DNA of 64,000 nt, taken from positions 3,426,106-3,490,105 of the forward strand of contig NZ_LR882967.1 of the NCBI RefSeq assembly GCF_904830925.1, given 5' to 3'. The position numbers were made by a program, and so were the translations under genes. Below the pieces are notes generated by a model. The model worked only from the letters and a program-made list of their open reading frames with translations. It was not told the origin of the DNA and ran no database searches. Positions 10,969-20,961 of the stretch are shown here, piece by piece; the first letter of the stretch is position 1; each line of letters starts with the position of its first letter. The stretch is from Planktothrix pseudagardhii. GTDB taxonomy: Bacteria; Cyanobacteriota; Cyanobacteriia; Cyanobacteriales; Microcoleaceae.

Positions 10969-11177
10969 CAGGATACTAAAATCTATCTCGTCTACTGTCT
11001 TAATTATGAACCTAATTTTCTTGTTTTAGAAATTTAATGTTCACTCATAAAAACCCAGAAAAAAACCCAGAAATTTAGGTTTATAATTTAGGGAAGGGAC
11101 TTTTAACGACCCAATCCATTGCTCCCATTTTTGGTGAGCAAAATTTTTATCCCAGACCCATTCAGGAAAAAATTATC

Positions 11178-11450
11178 ATGGCAATTCAAAATCAAGAAAT
11201 CGCTGTTGAAACCCACAAGAACCAATCTGCTATTCAAGGCTGGTTGGTTTCTTATATAGCCCAACTTCTGGAAATTGATCCCAAGGAAGTTGATGTTAAA
11301 GCTTCTTTTGACCGCTATGGCTTGGATTCCTCAGCGACTATTGGATTAACTAGCGATTTAGAGAACTGGTTGGGAGGTTCTATTGATCCAACCATAACCT
11401 ATGATTATCCTTCAATTGAGTCTTTATCAAAACATCTAGCTGGATCATAA
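11178..11450 (+). CDS. Standalone acyl carrier protein (PP-binding).
   Basis: 90 aa with a YGLDSS motif at the expected phosphopantetheine-attachment serine. Last gene of the FAAL-desaturase cassette. Confidence 0.7.
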   Translation: MAIQNQEIAVETHKNQSAIQGWLVSYIAQLLEIDPKEVDVKASFDRYGLDSSATIGLTSDLENWLGGSIDPTITYDYPSIESLSKHLAGS

Positions 11451-11548
11451 GCTAATTTAGTTCTGAAAAAATATTAAACCCCTTGCTATTGGCTAGGGGT
11501 TTAAAAATTAGAGATTTAAAATATTTGTAAAATTAGAAATTAACAGAT

Positions 11549-11656
11549 ATGGAAACTATTAATTTCACCGTAAACCACATAAAAGTGTCTTCAGAAAAAT
11601 CCTTTGCCCAAGTGACAATGGCTATAGAGTCAATGGTTGGTAAAGCTAAGGAATGA
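11549..11656 (+). pseudogene. N-terminal fragment (35 aa) of a DUF302-family gene, ending just before the IS.
   Basis: ATG...METINFTVNHIKVSSEKSFAQVTMAIESMVGKAKE*. Homologous to the N-terminal extension of the DUF302 ORF on the other side of the IS. Confidence 0.45.
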
Positions 11657-13045
11657 AAAATCAATAAATGGATTAATGAGTGAGTTGAGGTACGGCTCGA
11701 TAGTTCCATTTGGGTAAATATTCATCAAAAACAATTTTCAGAGTTTTTTTGAAATGATCAGTTACCTTCCGACCCGTTTGATAGACCTGATCAACGACAT
11801 TAACAACGACAGATAGCCCTGTATTAGTACGAGTTTTTTCCATGAGAGTTTTGACCAAACCAAGACTGGTAAAAATCACTCCTTGACAAGCTCGAGTTAG
11901 ATGAGGAAAAAGTCGATGTTCAATGGGATTATATTTAGATGTATAGGGAGGGTAATGAGCAATTCTGATCTCAATTCCAATTTCATCCACTAACTTTTGT
12001 AAATCTTGTTTAAAAATATAATGATTAGCATTATTACTGCCACCCCCATCACACTTAGCTAAAATCGAATTGGCATGAGGATAGAGAGCTTTTCCATAAT
12101 GATTCCACCAATGTTTAAGAGCATTACAAGCAAATTCACTGGTATCTTTACTGTTACCTAATGTTACATATCCTCGGTTTTTTTGAGTATCGTAAATGCC
12201 ATGGGGAATGACTTTTCCATGACCTAAGCTCCAAAAATCATGATCCCAAGTAGTAACAGGCTCAGTTGTATACAGAGTACCTGGACGATATAAATTCCCT
12301 AAAACTTCTTTCTTTTTAGTGTCAAAACTAATAATAGGATTACCGGCTTCTCTATACAGGGTATCGAGTCTAGCAATATTTTCAAATTGAGCATTTCGGT
12401 CTTTATTAATTCCTGTAGTTTGCTTTTTTTGTGCTTTTCGCTTGACATACCCATGCTTTTTTAAGAGTTTCTTTACGGTGGGAGGACTGATATTAAATCC
12501 GGCTTCCTTAAGTCCCAAAGCAATTTCTTTGTGGGTTAAATTAGTCCATTTAATTGACTCGTTCATAGGATCTCCGGCTGTGCGGGACTTTAACACTTCT
12601 AAAAAGGCTTCATCTATTCCAATTTGGGTGGAAAAAATACTTTTTCTTCCTCCTCCTTTTTTTCTAATTCTTACATCATTAATAGTCTGTTCATCCAGTT
12701 CTTTTAACTCTTTTATTCCTCGGACGATTGTGTTTCGAGTACAACCCAACAGTTTGATGATATAACTAATTCCTCCCCATCCCAGTTTTTGAGCCTCTAT
12801 CGCTGCATATCTTCTTTTATCCTTTTCTGATAAAGAGTTATAAAACTTTTTCATTTCTTCCTCAATTGAACTAGAATAAAACATAGGTTTTAAGTTAAGT
12901 TGTGTAGTTTAATCGAAAAATCCGTTGCCCGGTTCTCTCAATTTTTGTAAAATCTGCCATCAGTGCCTATACTTCATTATACCTGAAGCCCATCAAGTTA
13001 TTACTTTTTCATTCCTAATAATCTGATTTTTCAAAAGCTGATCGA
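11657..13045 (-). mobile_element. ISAzo13-family-like insertion sequence. Boundaries approximate and terminal IRs not resolved.
   Basis: Single 403-aa transposase, flanked on both sides by fragments of DUF302 genes. Confidence 0.45.
11673..12884 (-). CDS. ISAzo13-family transposase.
   Basis: 403 aa. The N-terminal HTH region (MKKFYNSLSEKDKRRYAAIEAQKLGWGGISYI) and overall architecture recall the cyanobacterial ISAzo13-like DDE transposases. Confidence 0.75.
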   Translation of the reverse strand: MFYSSSIEEEMKKFYNSLSEKDKRRYAAIEAQKLGWGGISYIIKLLGCTRNTIVRGIKELKELDEQTINDVRIRKKGGGRKSIFSTQIGIDEAFLEVLKSRTAGDPMNESIKWTNLTHKEIALGLKEAGFNISPPTVKKLLKKHGYVKRKAQKKQTTGINKDRNAQFENIARLDTLYREAGNPIISFDTKKKEVLGNLYRPGTLYTTEPVTTWDHDFWSLGHGKVIPHGIYDTQKNRGYVTLGNSKDTSEFACNALKHWWNHYGKALYPHANSILAKCDGGGSNNANHYIFKQDLQKLVDEIGIEIRIAHYPPYTSKYNPIEHRLFPHLTRACQGVIFTSLGLVKTLMEKTRTNTGLSVVVNVVDQVYQTGRKVTDHFKKTLKIVFDEYLPKWNYRAVPQLTH

Positions 13046-13409
13046 TGCAAATGCCTCTTTTACAGAAGTAGAAAATGCAGTTAAATCAATGGTGGGTAAA
13101 AATGATTTAATGATTTTTACACACCTTGAATCTGGTAAAGTGCTTTCCTTATGTGGCAAATTTAAACAAGCTAAACTTTATATAATGGGTAATCCCCTGA
13201 TTGCGAATCAAATGTTTGAAGAAGACCCGGCAGTCGGTCTTTACGTTCCCCTGCGATTGTTTGTGTATGATGAATATAATGGCAAAACTTATATTACCTA
13301 TGATCAACCTTCATCTCTATTAGGTAGATTTGAGAATCCGAAAATTTTGAGAGTTGCAGAAATGCTCGATCAAAAGCTCCAAGAATTAGTAACAATGGCT
13401 GTCCAATAG
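12987..13409 (+). pseudogene. DUF302-domain gene lacking a start codon for its N-terminal part. The track ORF 13089..13409 is the startable remainder.
   Basis: The frame is open from 12987 and encodes ...ASFTEVENAVKSMVGKNDLMIFTHL...GNPLIANQM...DPAVGLYVPLRLFVYDE... (DUF302 signature). There is no Met before 13089. Confidence 0.45.
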
Positions 13410-13541
13410 TATAGCAAAAATTAGAATTAACCCGGAGTTTAGTATTGGTGAACGACCGCTTCTTCAGTATCCCGGTTAATTGAGGGTTATGTTTACTGTA
13501 GAGAGGGTTTAGGAGATCTACACTCAAAAATCTTATATGAA

Positions 13542-13748
13542 TCAACTTTTAGGGGTTGCAAAACCAGAGTAACGGGGAAGAAAGATTATGGTTCCCCCGT
13601 CGATTTGAAAACGGTTTTGTTGTTGAGTGACGGTAGAATTTATCGGTAAGGTTCCATCTGGGATGATTTGAGCTTGAACAGAGATAGACGCACTGGTTAG
13701 GGTGAAGGCAATCAGACCTAATGGCCATTGGGGGGATGTCATGGGCAC
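13542..13748 (-). pseudogene. Remnant of a TPS (two-partner-secretion) filamentous hemagglutinin N-terminal domain gene.
   Basis: Signal peptide, then AQIIPDGTLPINSTVTQQQNRFQIDGGT, which is the canonical start of the haemagglutination-activity domain. The ORF stops after 68 aa. Confidence 0.5.
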
Positions 13749-13819
13749 AAAAGAGGAACTGAGTTTAAATTCTCTCTTGAGTATATCAGGAAACTGTCGC
13801 GTGCGGTTGTTATCGGAAA

Positions 13820-13971
13820 CAGGACTTACGCAGTGACGCTACAGATATAGCACTACGCATTACAGTTAGGACATTTCTAAATCCTGAAACCCTTTCACTT
13901 CTTACTGTTCGGTGTTCGGTGTTCGGTGTTCCCTCTTCAAGTAGCGCTATAGCGTCACTGGGTAAGTCCTG
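13820..13971. repeat. About 150-bp inverted-repeat element enclosing a (TGTTCGG)x3 tandem repeat.
   Basis: Left arm caggacttacgcagtgacgctacagatatagcactac is matched by the reverse complement of gtagcgctatagcgtcactgggtaagtcctg (about 30 bp, few mismatches). The tgttcgg copies lie at about 13905-13928. Confidence 0.5.
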
Positions 13972-14065
13972 AGATGTTAATGGGATAAAGCCGATATCCC
14001 TGGGAAATAAGATTTAATTGTATCCTTCATAGTTTTGTAACGTTAGTGAGGGGTTCACGTTTCTA

Positions 14066-15871
14066 CTATTTGATGGGGGATAATCCATATAACCAAACGA
14101 TTAATAATGGGGTAACAATCGTTAGAATTAAACTCAAAGGAGCACCAACACGGGTAAAGTCGAAAAATTTATATCCCCCTGGACTGTAAACCATTGTATT
14201 GGTTTGATAGCCAATGGGGGTCATATAACTATTAGAAGCGGCAAAGGTAACAGCATACATAAAGGCAAAGGGATTTAAGCCTAATGTTATAGCAACTTTT
14301 ACCGCAATCGGAATCATTAAAACAACCGTTGCATTATTCGAGAGAATTTCTGTCAGAATTGATGTGGCAATATAGAAGAATAATAAAATCCAATAACCGG
14401 ATAAATGACCGCCAAAACCGACCAATGTATCAGCTAACCATTGAGTGGCGCCCGATTTATCCATTGCAATTCCTAATGGAATTAATCCTGCTAATAAAAA
14501 GATGACATCCCAACGGACAGCGCCATAAATTTCTCCGGGTTTGATACATCCTGTCACAACCATTAAAATCACACCCGCTAAAGCACTAACTAAAATAGGC
14601 ATTAAATCAAAAGCGGCGACAACAATAACGCCTAAAATAATAGCCAGTGCGACCCAAGCTTTATCTTGTCTGAGATTTTCGACATCTCGCTCTTCTAAAA
14701 CTAACAGTTCTCGTGTGGTTTGTAACCCAATAAAGCTTTGTTTAGGGCCTTGAAGTAATAACAAATCCCCAAATCTTAAGGGAACTTTCCCTAATCGTCC
14801 TTGGACTAATTCTGAACCCCGACGAATGGCTAAAACCGTTGCGTTATAGCGTTGACGAAATCTTAAATCTTTTAAAGTTGTTCCAATTAATCGAGAATTC
14901 GATAAAATTAAAACTTCGGCTATTTTTTCTTCTCCTGAACTCAAAACTGTTTCTAAGGATTCTTCTTTAAACTTAACATCGGGAAGCAGTTCTAAACCTC
15001 TCTCATCGCGAATTTTGAGTAAATCTTCTCGACTGCTGCGAACAATTAAAATATCTCCTGCACTTAATACTTTATCCCCCAAAGGTTGGGGAAAGCGCAT
15101 CTTATTTTGAATTAATTCAAGTACATCTAAATCAAATTTGCGTTGAATTTCGCTTTGATTAACGGTTTGTCCGACTAAGCTAGAACGAGGAGTAACAACC
15201 AGTTCACTCACATAATCTTTTAACCCATATTCTTGTTCAAGAATTTCAAAATTTGCGGGTTTGCGGTCAGGTAAGAGTCGAGGCGCAATAAGCGCTAAAT
15301 AGATGATACCGATAATAAAAGTGATAATCCCTAATGGGGTAAATTGAAATAACTGAAATTCCCCATATCCCATTTGTTTAGAAATTCCACTGGCTAAAAC
15401 GTTTGTTGAAGTTCCAATGACAGTAATCATCCCCCCTAAAACCGTTGCATACGATAAGGGAATTAATAATTTAGAGGGAGAAATTCTTTGTTTGCGACAC
15501 CAATCTTCAATAATGGGTAAGAAAATTGCCACAACTGCGGTGTTATTAATAAATGCAGTAATGGGGCCTACAATTAATCCCATGACTAAAATTTGTTGAC
15601 CTGCCGTTTTTCCGCCCCATTTCACTAACCAATCTCGAACGGTTTGTACAACTCCGGTTTTTGTAATTCCGGCACTTAAAATAAACATCGCCATCACCGT
15701 AATTGTGGCAGAGTTACCAAACCCCGATATGCCTTCATCCGGTGTGACTAACTTCAAAATCATTAACACAACGGTAACGGTGAGGGCGGTTAAATCAACG
15801 GGAAGCCACTCAAAAATAAAGGCAATTAAAGCCAGAACAACAATACTAAGAGTCAGAATAATATTGGTCAT
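14066..15871 (-). CDS. SLC13/DASS-family anion permease with two central TrkA-C domains.
   Basis: 601 aa with N- and C-terminal multi-TM halves and a central soluble insert carrying two TrkA_C-like repeats. Confidence 0.75.
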   Translation of the reverse strand: MTNIILTLSIVVLALIAFIFEWLPVDLTALTVTVVLMILKLVTPDEGISGFGNSATITVMAMFILSAGITKTGVVQTVRDWLVKWGGKTAGQQILVMGLIVGPITAFINNTAVVAIFLPIIEDWCRKQRISPSKLLIPLSYATVLGGMITVIGTSTNVLASGISKQMGYGEFQLFQFTPLGIITFIIGIIYLALIAPRLLPDRKPANFEILEQEYGLKDYVSELVVTPRSSLVGQTVNQSEIQRKFDLDVLELIQNKMRFPQPLGDKVLSAGDILIVRSSREDLLKIRDERGLELLPDVKFKEESLETVLSSGEEKIAEVLILSNSRLIGTTLKDLRFRQRYNATVLAIRRGSELVQGRLGKVPLRFGDLLLLQGPKQSFIGLQTTRELLVLEERDVENLRQDKAWVALAIILGVIVVAAFDLMPILVSALAGVILMVVTGCIKPGEIYGAVRWDVIFLLAGLIPLGIAMDKSGATQWLADTLVGFGGHLSGYWILLFFYIATSILTEILSNNATVVLMIPIAVKVAITLGLNPFAFMYAVTFAASNSYMTPIGYQTNTMVYSPGGYKFFDFTRVGAPLSLILTIVTPLLIVWLYGLSPIK

Positions 15872-15989
15872 CGAAAATTTTGGGTAGAAACCCCTAACTT
15901 CTAGTTAGGCTTTGCATTAATTTGAACTAGGATTAAAATAATTAAAGCCACGATGACCTTAATTGACGGGTGAGATTCCCAGTGGTGGG

Positions 15990-16260
15990 ACGCTCTAGTT
16001 AAAGGGCGTTTAACCGAAATGGTTGAACCGGTGTTGACACTCTAGTTCTAGCCCCCACAAGCAGAAACGATTAAGCGAGTGAGTGAAAAACGACTTAAAA
16101 GTAGGCTCAGACCCTTCGGGGCGAGAGAGTAGAGGCAATTGGCATCGCCTGTCGCACGACACTAGAACACGCCTAAGAAGGGTTTTGGGAGTTGTGGTTC
16201 GAGCCATGACCATCGGGTTATCTCCTTCTAAAGAATCCTCCCACTTATAGGGCGAGGTGT
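15990..16260. other. GC-rich structured non-coding region (candidate regulatory RNA or leader), strand unknown.
   Basis: A 470-bp gap between two minus-strand genes. Contains UUCG-type hairpin gacccttcggggcgag and repeated gacact(c)tag(tt/aa)c motifs. Local GC is well above the window average. Confidence 0.2.
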
Positions 16261-16293
16261 GTCATGAAAAATGTAATAGTGTTTATACGATGT

Positions 16294-16314
16294 AGGGGCG
16301 GGGTCATCCCCACC
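16294..16314 (-). terminator. Possible terminator hairpin downstream of nupC.
   Basis: gggtgggg-atga-ccccgccc stem-loop immediately after the nupC stop. The U-tract is weak. Confidence 0.3.
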
Positions 16315-16345
16315 CATCATCAGTCAGCAGCTACTCTCTCTTGAC

Positions 16346-17857
16346 CTAAGATTTAGGCTTTTCAGAGGGTGCTGTTGTCGCTTTAGGGGAAGGAGAAGCT
16401 TTAGGGGGTGGAGTGACTGTCGGTGCAGGGGTTGGAGTGGGTGAAACCGTTGTATTAGGAGCCGCAGGGGTGCTAACGGCTGGGGTTGTCGCAGGTTCAC
16501 CCATAATACTTGGATTTCCATTATCATAGAATCCCGCTAAACAAGCAATCATCATGGTGGCTAAGGTTCCAGCAAATAAAGCTTTCCAGCCTAATTCGGA
16601 AATATCTTTTCGCCGAGAAGGAACTAAACCGACCATTCCTCCCACAAAAATTCCCACTGAAGCGACATGGGCAAAACCGGATAAAGCATAACTGACAATT
16701 AACACGGTTCTAGGAGTAATTAATCCTTCTTTGGCGGCTTCTGCTAAGGCTTGATAGGGAGGAATTGCTGTTTCTAATAACCGACGACCAATAATCACCG
16801 AAGCTGTCCAAGAATCTTCAAAGGGAACTCCCGTTAAAATTGTTAAGGGATAAAAAATAAATCCCAAAATATTCGCTAAGGTTAGAACTTGAAAAACATC
16901 TCCCACTGGACTTGGTAATAAACCTAACCACGCTGAAAATTGATTGACTAAAGAAACTAATCCTAAAATTAAGATTAGAACCGCAGCAATAGCAACGGAC
17001 ATTTTCACCCCATCTAATGCCCCAATAATCGCAGAGTCTAGGGGGCTAACTCGTTCCATCAATTCACCGCCAACGGTTTCTAAATGGGGTTCTCCGTCTT
17101 CGTGGGTAATTAAGTTTTCTTCTTTCTTTTCTTCGGGTAATTTTCCTAATGTTAGGGGTTTGTCGGTTTCAGGAACTAAGATTTTAGAAATCACAAAACA
17201 GGCTGGAATCGCCATAATAGAGGCGGAAACTAAATGCCCTAAAATATTCGGAAAAACAGGTCTTAAGAAACTAACATAAATCGCTAAGGTTGATGAAGCA
17301 GCCGTTCCAAAACAACAACTTAGAATCGCACACAGTTCAGAACGGGTCATCTTTTCTAAGTAGGGTTTAACCACAATGGCGGCTTCAATTCCGACAAAGA
17401 TATTGGCTGCACCGCTTAAGGCTTCTGCCCCACTTAAACGCATCGTTTTATAGAATAACTTAGCAAAAATATTGGTAACAACTTGAATCACACCTAAGTT
17501 ATATAACAGTGCCATTAAGCCAGAGAAGAAAATAACGGTTGGTAAAGCTCTAAATGCAAAAATATAACCTAAATTTACATCGGGGGTTTGCCCAGGAATG
17601 GGGACAATATTTTTCCCAAAAACAAATCTAGCCCCTGTATCTGCGGCTGTAAATAAGCTATCGAGGAGGCTACTAAACCATTCTAAAGCCGTTCTGGTGG
17701 GTGGGAAAAGAAATACGAAAAAGGCTAAAACCAATTGTAAGCCAATCCCTAAACCCATTGTTCGCCAAGGGATGACTCGTTTATTTTCTGAGAATAACCA
17801 AGCTATAAAGCATAAGCCAAAGATTCCCAAAAAAGAAATTAAATTTAGGTAACTCAT
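16346..17857 (-). CDS. Concentrative nucleoside transporter (NupC/CNT family) with a Pro/Thr-rich C-terminal tail.
   Basis: Multi-TM CNT-like core, about 440 aa, followed by a low-complexity TPAPTVTPPPKASPSPK tail. Confidence 0.75.
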   Translation of the reverse strand: MSYLNLISFLGIFGLCFIAWLFSENKRVIPWRTMGLGIGLQLVLAFFVFLFPPTRTALEWFSSLLDSLFTAADTGARFVFGKNIVPIPGQTPDVNLGYIFAFRALPTVIFFSGLMALLYNLGVIQVVTNIFAKLFYKTMRLSGAEALSGAANIFVGIEAAIVVKPYLEKMTRSELCAILSCCFGTAASSTLAIYVSFLRPVFPNILGHLVSASIMAIPACFVISKILVPETDKPLTLGKLPEEKKEENLITHEDGEPHLETVGGELMERVSPLDSAIIGALDGVKMSVAIAAVLILILGLVSLVNQFSAWLGLLPSPVGDVFQVLTLANILGFIFYPLTILTGVPFEDSWTASVIIGRRLLETAIPPYQALAEAAKEGLITPRTVLIVSYALSGFAHVASVGIFVGGMVGLVPSRRKDISELGWKALFAGTLATMMIACLAGFYDNGNPSIMGEPATTPAVSTPAAPNTTVSPTPTPAPTVTPPPKASPSPKATTAPSEKPKS

Positions 17858-18159
17858 AAGTGTTTTTGGCTATATTCCTGATTAATTATTTCCCCATTTC
17901 CAGCACCCTGGGTTCTCGTCCTGATTCTATGGCGAATGGGGTCAATTGGCAATACTGTTGAGTGAAACTCACAACACCCACTCGGAAGTTAGGTTCAGGG
18001 ACGAAACCCAAACACAACAAAGACCGTTTTAAAAAGGATAGGGTTAGCCGTAGGTTGTTGAGTGCAACGCTACCACTAACCCTGTCAAACGTCAATGTCA
18101 CCAGACCCAAAAACCGAGTTTATAATCGTTATCTTGGGGTTTCAATTAAGAGTTATCCT

Positions 18160-20961
18160 TTACAAACTGGGGGTTTGACGACGTTGGAAAAACCATCTTT
18201 GAACCAGTTTTTCCATTTCAATCCAGATAAACATTAAGGCACTAAAACCTAAACAGATTAACAATTCAGTGAACGTTAACGGGTGAGTTCCAAAGAAACT
18301 TTGTAAGGGCGGAACATAAATTAATAGTAACTGAAGAACGGTAGTTAATAAAACCGCAGCCCAAAGATAAGGATTGGTTGCGGGATTCATTTGTATTGTT
18401 AATTGGTTATCAGAACGTACTGCTATAGCATGACCCATTTGGGCTAAACATAAGGTTGTAAACACCATTGTTTTCCAACGTTCAGGATTACCCGCGATTT
18501 TAGTATGATCGTAAGCCCAAACCATTAAAACAATCGTTAAAATGGCAAAAATAATCCCAATTCTCACCATATATAATCCTAATCCTCGCGCAAAAATACT
18601 TTCACGGGGATCATTAGGAGGACGTTGCATCACCGCAGGTTCGGCGGGCTCCATCGCTAAGGCTAAAGCAGGTAAACCATCCGTGACAAGGTTCATCCAT
18701 AAAATTTGTAATGGCGATAAAGGAACACCCCCTAAACCTAAAATCGGAGAAGAGGCAATTACTAAAACTTCCCCAATATTACTACCGAGAATATATTTAA
18801 CAAAACGGCGAATATTACTATAAACCACTCGTCCTTCTTCTGTGGCGGCAACAATGGTGGCAAAGTTATCATCCAGCAAAATCATATCACTGGCTTCTTT
18901 ACTAACATCGGTTCCGGTAATTCCCATCGCAATGCCAATATCGGCTTGTTTTAAGGCGGGAGCATCATTGACTCCATCCCCGGTCATGGCTACAAATTCA
19001 CCATTCTTTTGCAAGGCTTGAACAATGCGAAGTTTATGTTCAGGAGAAACCCTGGCGTAAACACTGACTTGTTCAACTTCTTGTTCTAATTCTGTTTGAG
19101 AAAGTTTCTGTAATTCTTGACCTGTTAAACTTAAATCATCAGGGGAAGCAATCCCTAAATCTTGAGCAATGACTTTCGCCGTTAATTGATGATCTCCGGT
19201 AATCATCACTGGACGAATTCCGGCTTCTCGACACCGTTTAACCGCTTCTCGAACTTCAGGACGGGGCGCATCTAACATTCCCACTAATCCTAACCAAACT
19301 AATTCCTGTTCGGCGGCTTCTTCAGTGCCTTCTTCAGGTAATGTTGTTAAAGATCGAGTGGCAAATCCTAAAACTCGTAATCCTTTTCCGGCCATTTCAT
19401 TATTTTGGTCGAGAATTCGTTGGCGGTCAACTTCAGTTAAAGAAACCGTTGTATTCCCCACCAAAACAGCATCACATTGAGCTAAAATCAACTCCGGTGA
19501 TCCTTTTGTAAACATCGAAAATTCATCATCAGATTGACAAATCACACTCATGCGCTTGCGTTCTGAAGAGAAAGGAATTTCAGCAATACGGGGGTTTTGT
19601 TGATTATGAGTTTCTCTAAATAAACCGACTTTTCCCGCTAACGATAATAACGCTCCTTCTGTGGGATCTCCTAAAATAATCCATTGATTTTTATCTTGTT
19701 GTAATTGAGCATCATTACATAAAACACAGGCTGTTAAAATAGGTTGTAAAACTTCAGCAGCAGGAGAGAGGGTGCTATTTTCATCAGAGGTGATCAATCG
19801 TAATTCCCCAACGGGAGCATACCCTTCTCCGGTGACTTGAAACACTTCATTTAAGGTATAAACTGATTGTACCACCATTTTATTTTGGGTGAGAGTTCCG
19901 GTTTTATCCGAACAAATAGTGGTAACAGAACCCAGGGTTTCCACCGCCGGGAGTTTACGAATTAAGGCATGGCGTCGTACCATGCGTTGGGTTCCAATGG
20001 CTAAAGTCACCGTTACCACCGCCGGTAAACCTTCGGGAACAACGGCCACCGCCATACTCAGCGAAACTTCTAATAAATCTTCTAAACTACTAAAACTGCC
20101 CGTTCTAATCACGCCACCAATCACCACCAAGGCGACTAAGGCTAAAGACCCACTAACCAACACATTTCCTAACTGAGACATCCGTTGCTGGAGGGGAGTG
20201 GGTTCACTTTCGACTCCCTGAATCATTTCCGCAATGCGTCCCAGTTCCGTCGTCATTCCGGTATTGGTGACAATGACTTCTCCCCGTCCCTGGACAACTT
20301 CCGTCCCCATGAATACCATATTAATGCGATCGCCTAACGGTGCATCTTCGGGTAATTCCACACTGGGTTTTTTAATCACCCCTTCCGCTTCTCCCGTTAA
20401 GGCGGCTTCTCGGACTTGCAAATTCTGAGCTTCAATTAAGCGACCATCCGCCGGAATTTGCACCCCCGCTTCGAGAAACATAATATCCCCTGGAACCAAT
20501 TCTTTCGCTGAAACTTCCAACAGCTTACCGTCCCGCATCACCCTAACTTTGGGTGAAGACATCCGTTTTAGGGCAGCTAAGGCTTGTTCTGCACGGCTTT
20601 CTTGGAAATAGCCCAACATCCCATTCAAAATCACAATCGCAAAAATGGCAACGGCGTCCTTGGGAAAAGCCCCCTTTCGTAAATCGATAAAGGCAGATAC
20701 AATGGCGACAGCAATCAGCATCACGAGCATAATATTCGTGAACTGATCCCATAAAATCTCCAAGGGACTGCGACCCGCGCCTTCTTCTAATTCATTCAGA
20801 CCATATTGTTCTTGTCGTTGAGTCACCTGTTGTGGGGTTAACCCTGTTTCGCTATCTGTATCGAGTACCTTAAGGGCTTTCTCAGCAGCGAAGCTGTGCC
20901 AAGTGGTAATGGGTTCTAAGGTCGAATCAGAAGACATTGATGAGGATTCGGGAGATACCAT
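18160..20961 (-). CDS. P-type cation-transporting ATPase (type IIA, Ca2+-ATPase PacL-like).
   Basis: Phosphorylation motif CSDKTGTLT, hinge [15 protein letters not shown]-type actuator region and 10 TM. 933 aa. Confidence 0.9.
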   Translation of the reverse strand: MVSPESSSMSSDSTLEPITTWHSFAAEKALKVLDTDSETGLTPQQVTQRQEQYGLNELEEGAGRSPLEILWDQFTNIMLVMLIAVAIVSAFIDLRKGAFPKDAVAIFAIVILNGMLGYFQESRAEQALAALKRMSSPKVRVMRDGKLLEVSAKELVPGDIMFLEAGVQIPADGRLIEAQNLQVREAALTGEAEGVIKKPSVELPEDAPLGDRINMVFMGTEVVQGRGEVIVTNTGMTTELGRIAEMIQGVESEPTPLQQRMSQLGNVLVSGSLALVALVVIGGVIRTGSFSSLEDLLEVSLSMAVAVVPEGLPAVVTVTLAIGTQRMVRRHALIRKLPAVETLGSVTTICSDKTGTLTQNKMVVQSVYTLNEVFQVTGEGYAPVGELRLITSDENSTLSPAAEVLQPILTACVLCNDAQLQQDKNQWIILGDPTEGALLSLAGKVGLFRETHNQQNPRIAEIPFSSERKRMSVICQSDDEFSMFTKGSPELILAQCDAVLVGNTTVSLTEVDRQRILDQNNEMAGKGLRVLGFATRSLTTLPEEGTEEAAEQELVWLGLVGMLDAPRPEVREAVKRCREAGIRPVMITGDHQLTAKVIAQDLGIASPDDLSLTGQELQKLSQTELEQEVEQVSVYARVSPEHKLRIVQALQKNGEFVAMTGDGVNDAPALKQADIGIAMGITGTDVSKEASDMILLDDNFATIVAATEEGRVVYSNIRRFVKYILGSNIGEVLVIASSPILGLGGVPLSPLQILWMNLVTDGLPALALAMEPAEPAVMQRPPNDPRESIFARGLGLYMVRIGIIFAILTIVLMVWAYDHTKIAGNPERWKTMVFTTLCLAQMGHAIAVRSDNQLTIQMNPATNPYLWAAVLLTTVLQLLLIYVPPLQSFFGTHPLTFTELLICLGFSALMFIWIEMEKLVQRWFFQRRQTPSL

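Noticed and set aside
12442-12765. 107-aa ORF on the plus strand.
   Set aside because: It is fully embedded antisense in the ISAzo13-like transposase gene. It has low-complexity composition and no start context.
13294-13545. 83-aa ORF on the minus strand.
   Set aside because: It overlaps the DUF302 coding region on the opposite strand. It has no recognisable similarity.
16010-16527. Two 67-aa ORFs (16010..16213 and 16324..16527) on the minus strand.
   Set aside because: They lie in the GC-rich structured spacer or overlap the nupC 3' end in another frame. They have no RBS and an Arg/Pro/Leu-rich composition typical of out-of-frame GC-rich sequence.
17858-18159. nupC 5' leader as a purine or nucleoside riboswitch.
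   Set aside because: I looked for the purine-riboswitch conserved segments (UAUNNGG..., GUUUCUACC, CCGUAAAU) on the minus strand and did not find them. There is a local hairpin (agggttag...ctaaccct), but evidence for a defined riboswitch class is insufficient.
18542-20752. Several 64-95-aa ORFs inside the P-type ATPase gene (18542..18823, 19889..20176, 20234..20428, 20543..20752).
   Set aside because: They are all internal alternative or antisense frames of a well-supported 933-aa ATPase gene.
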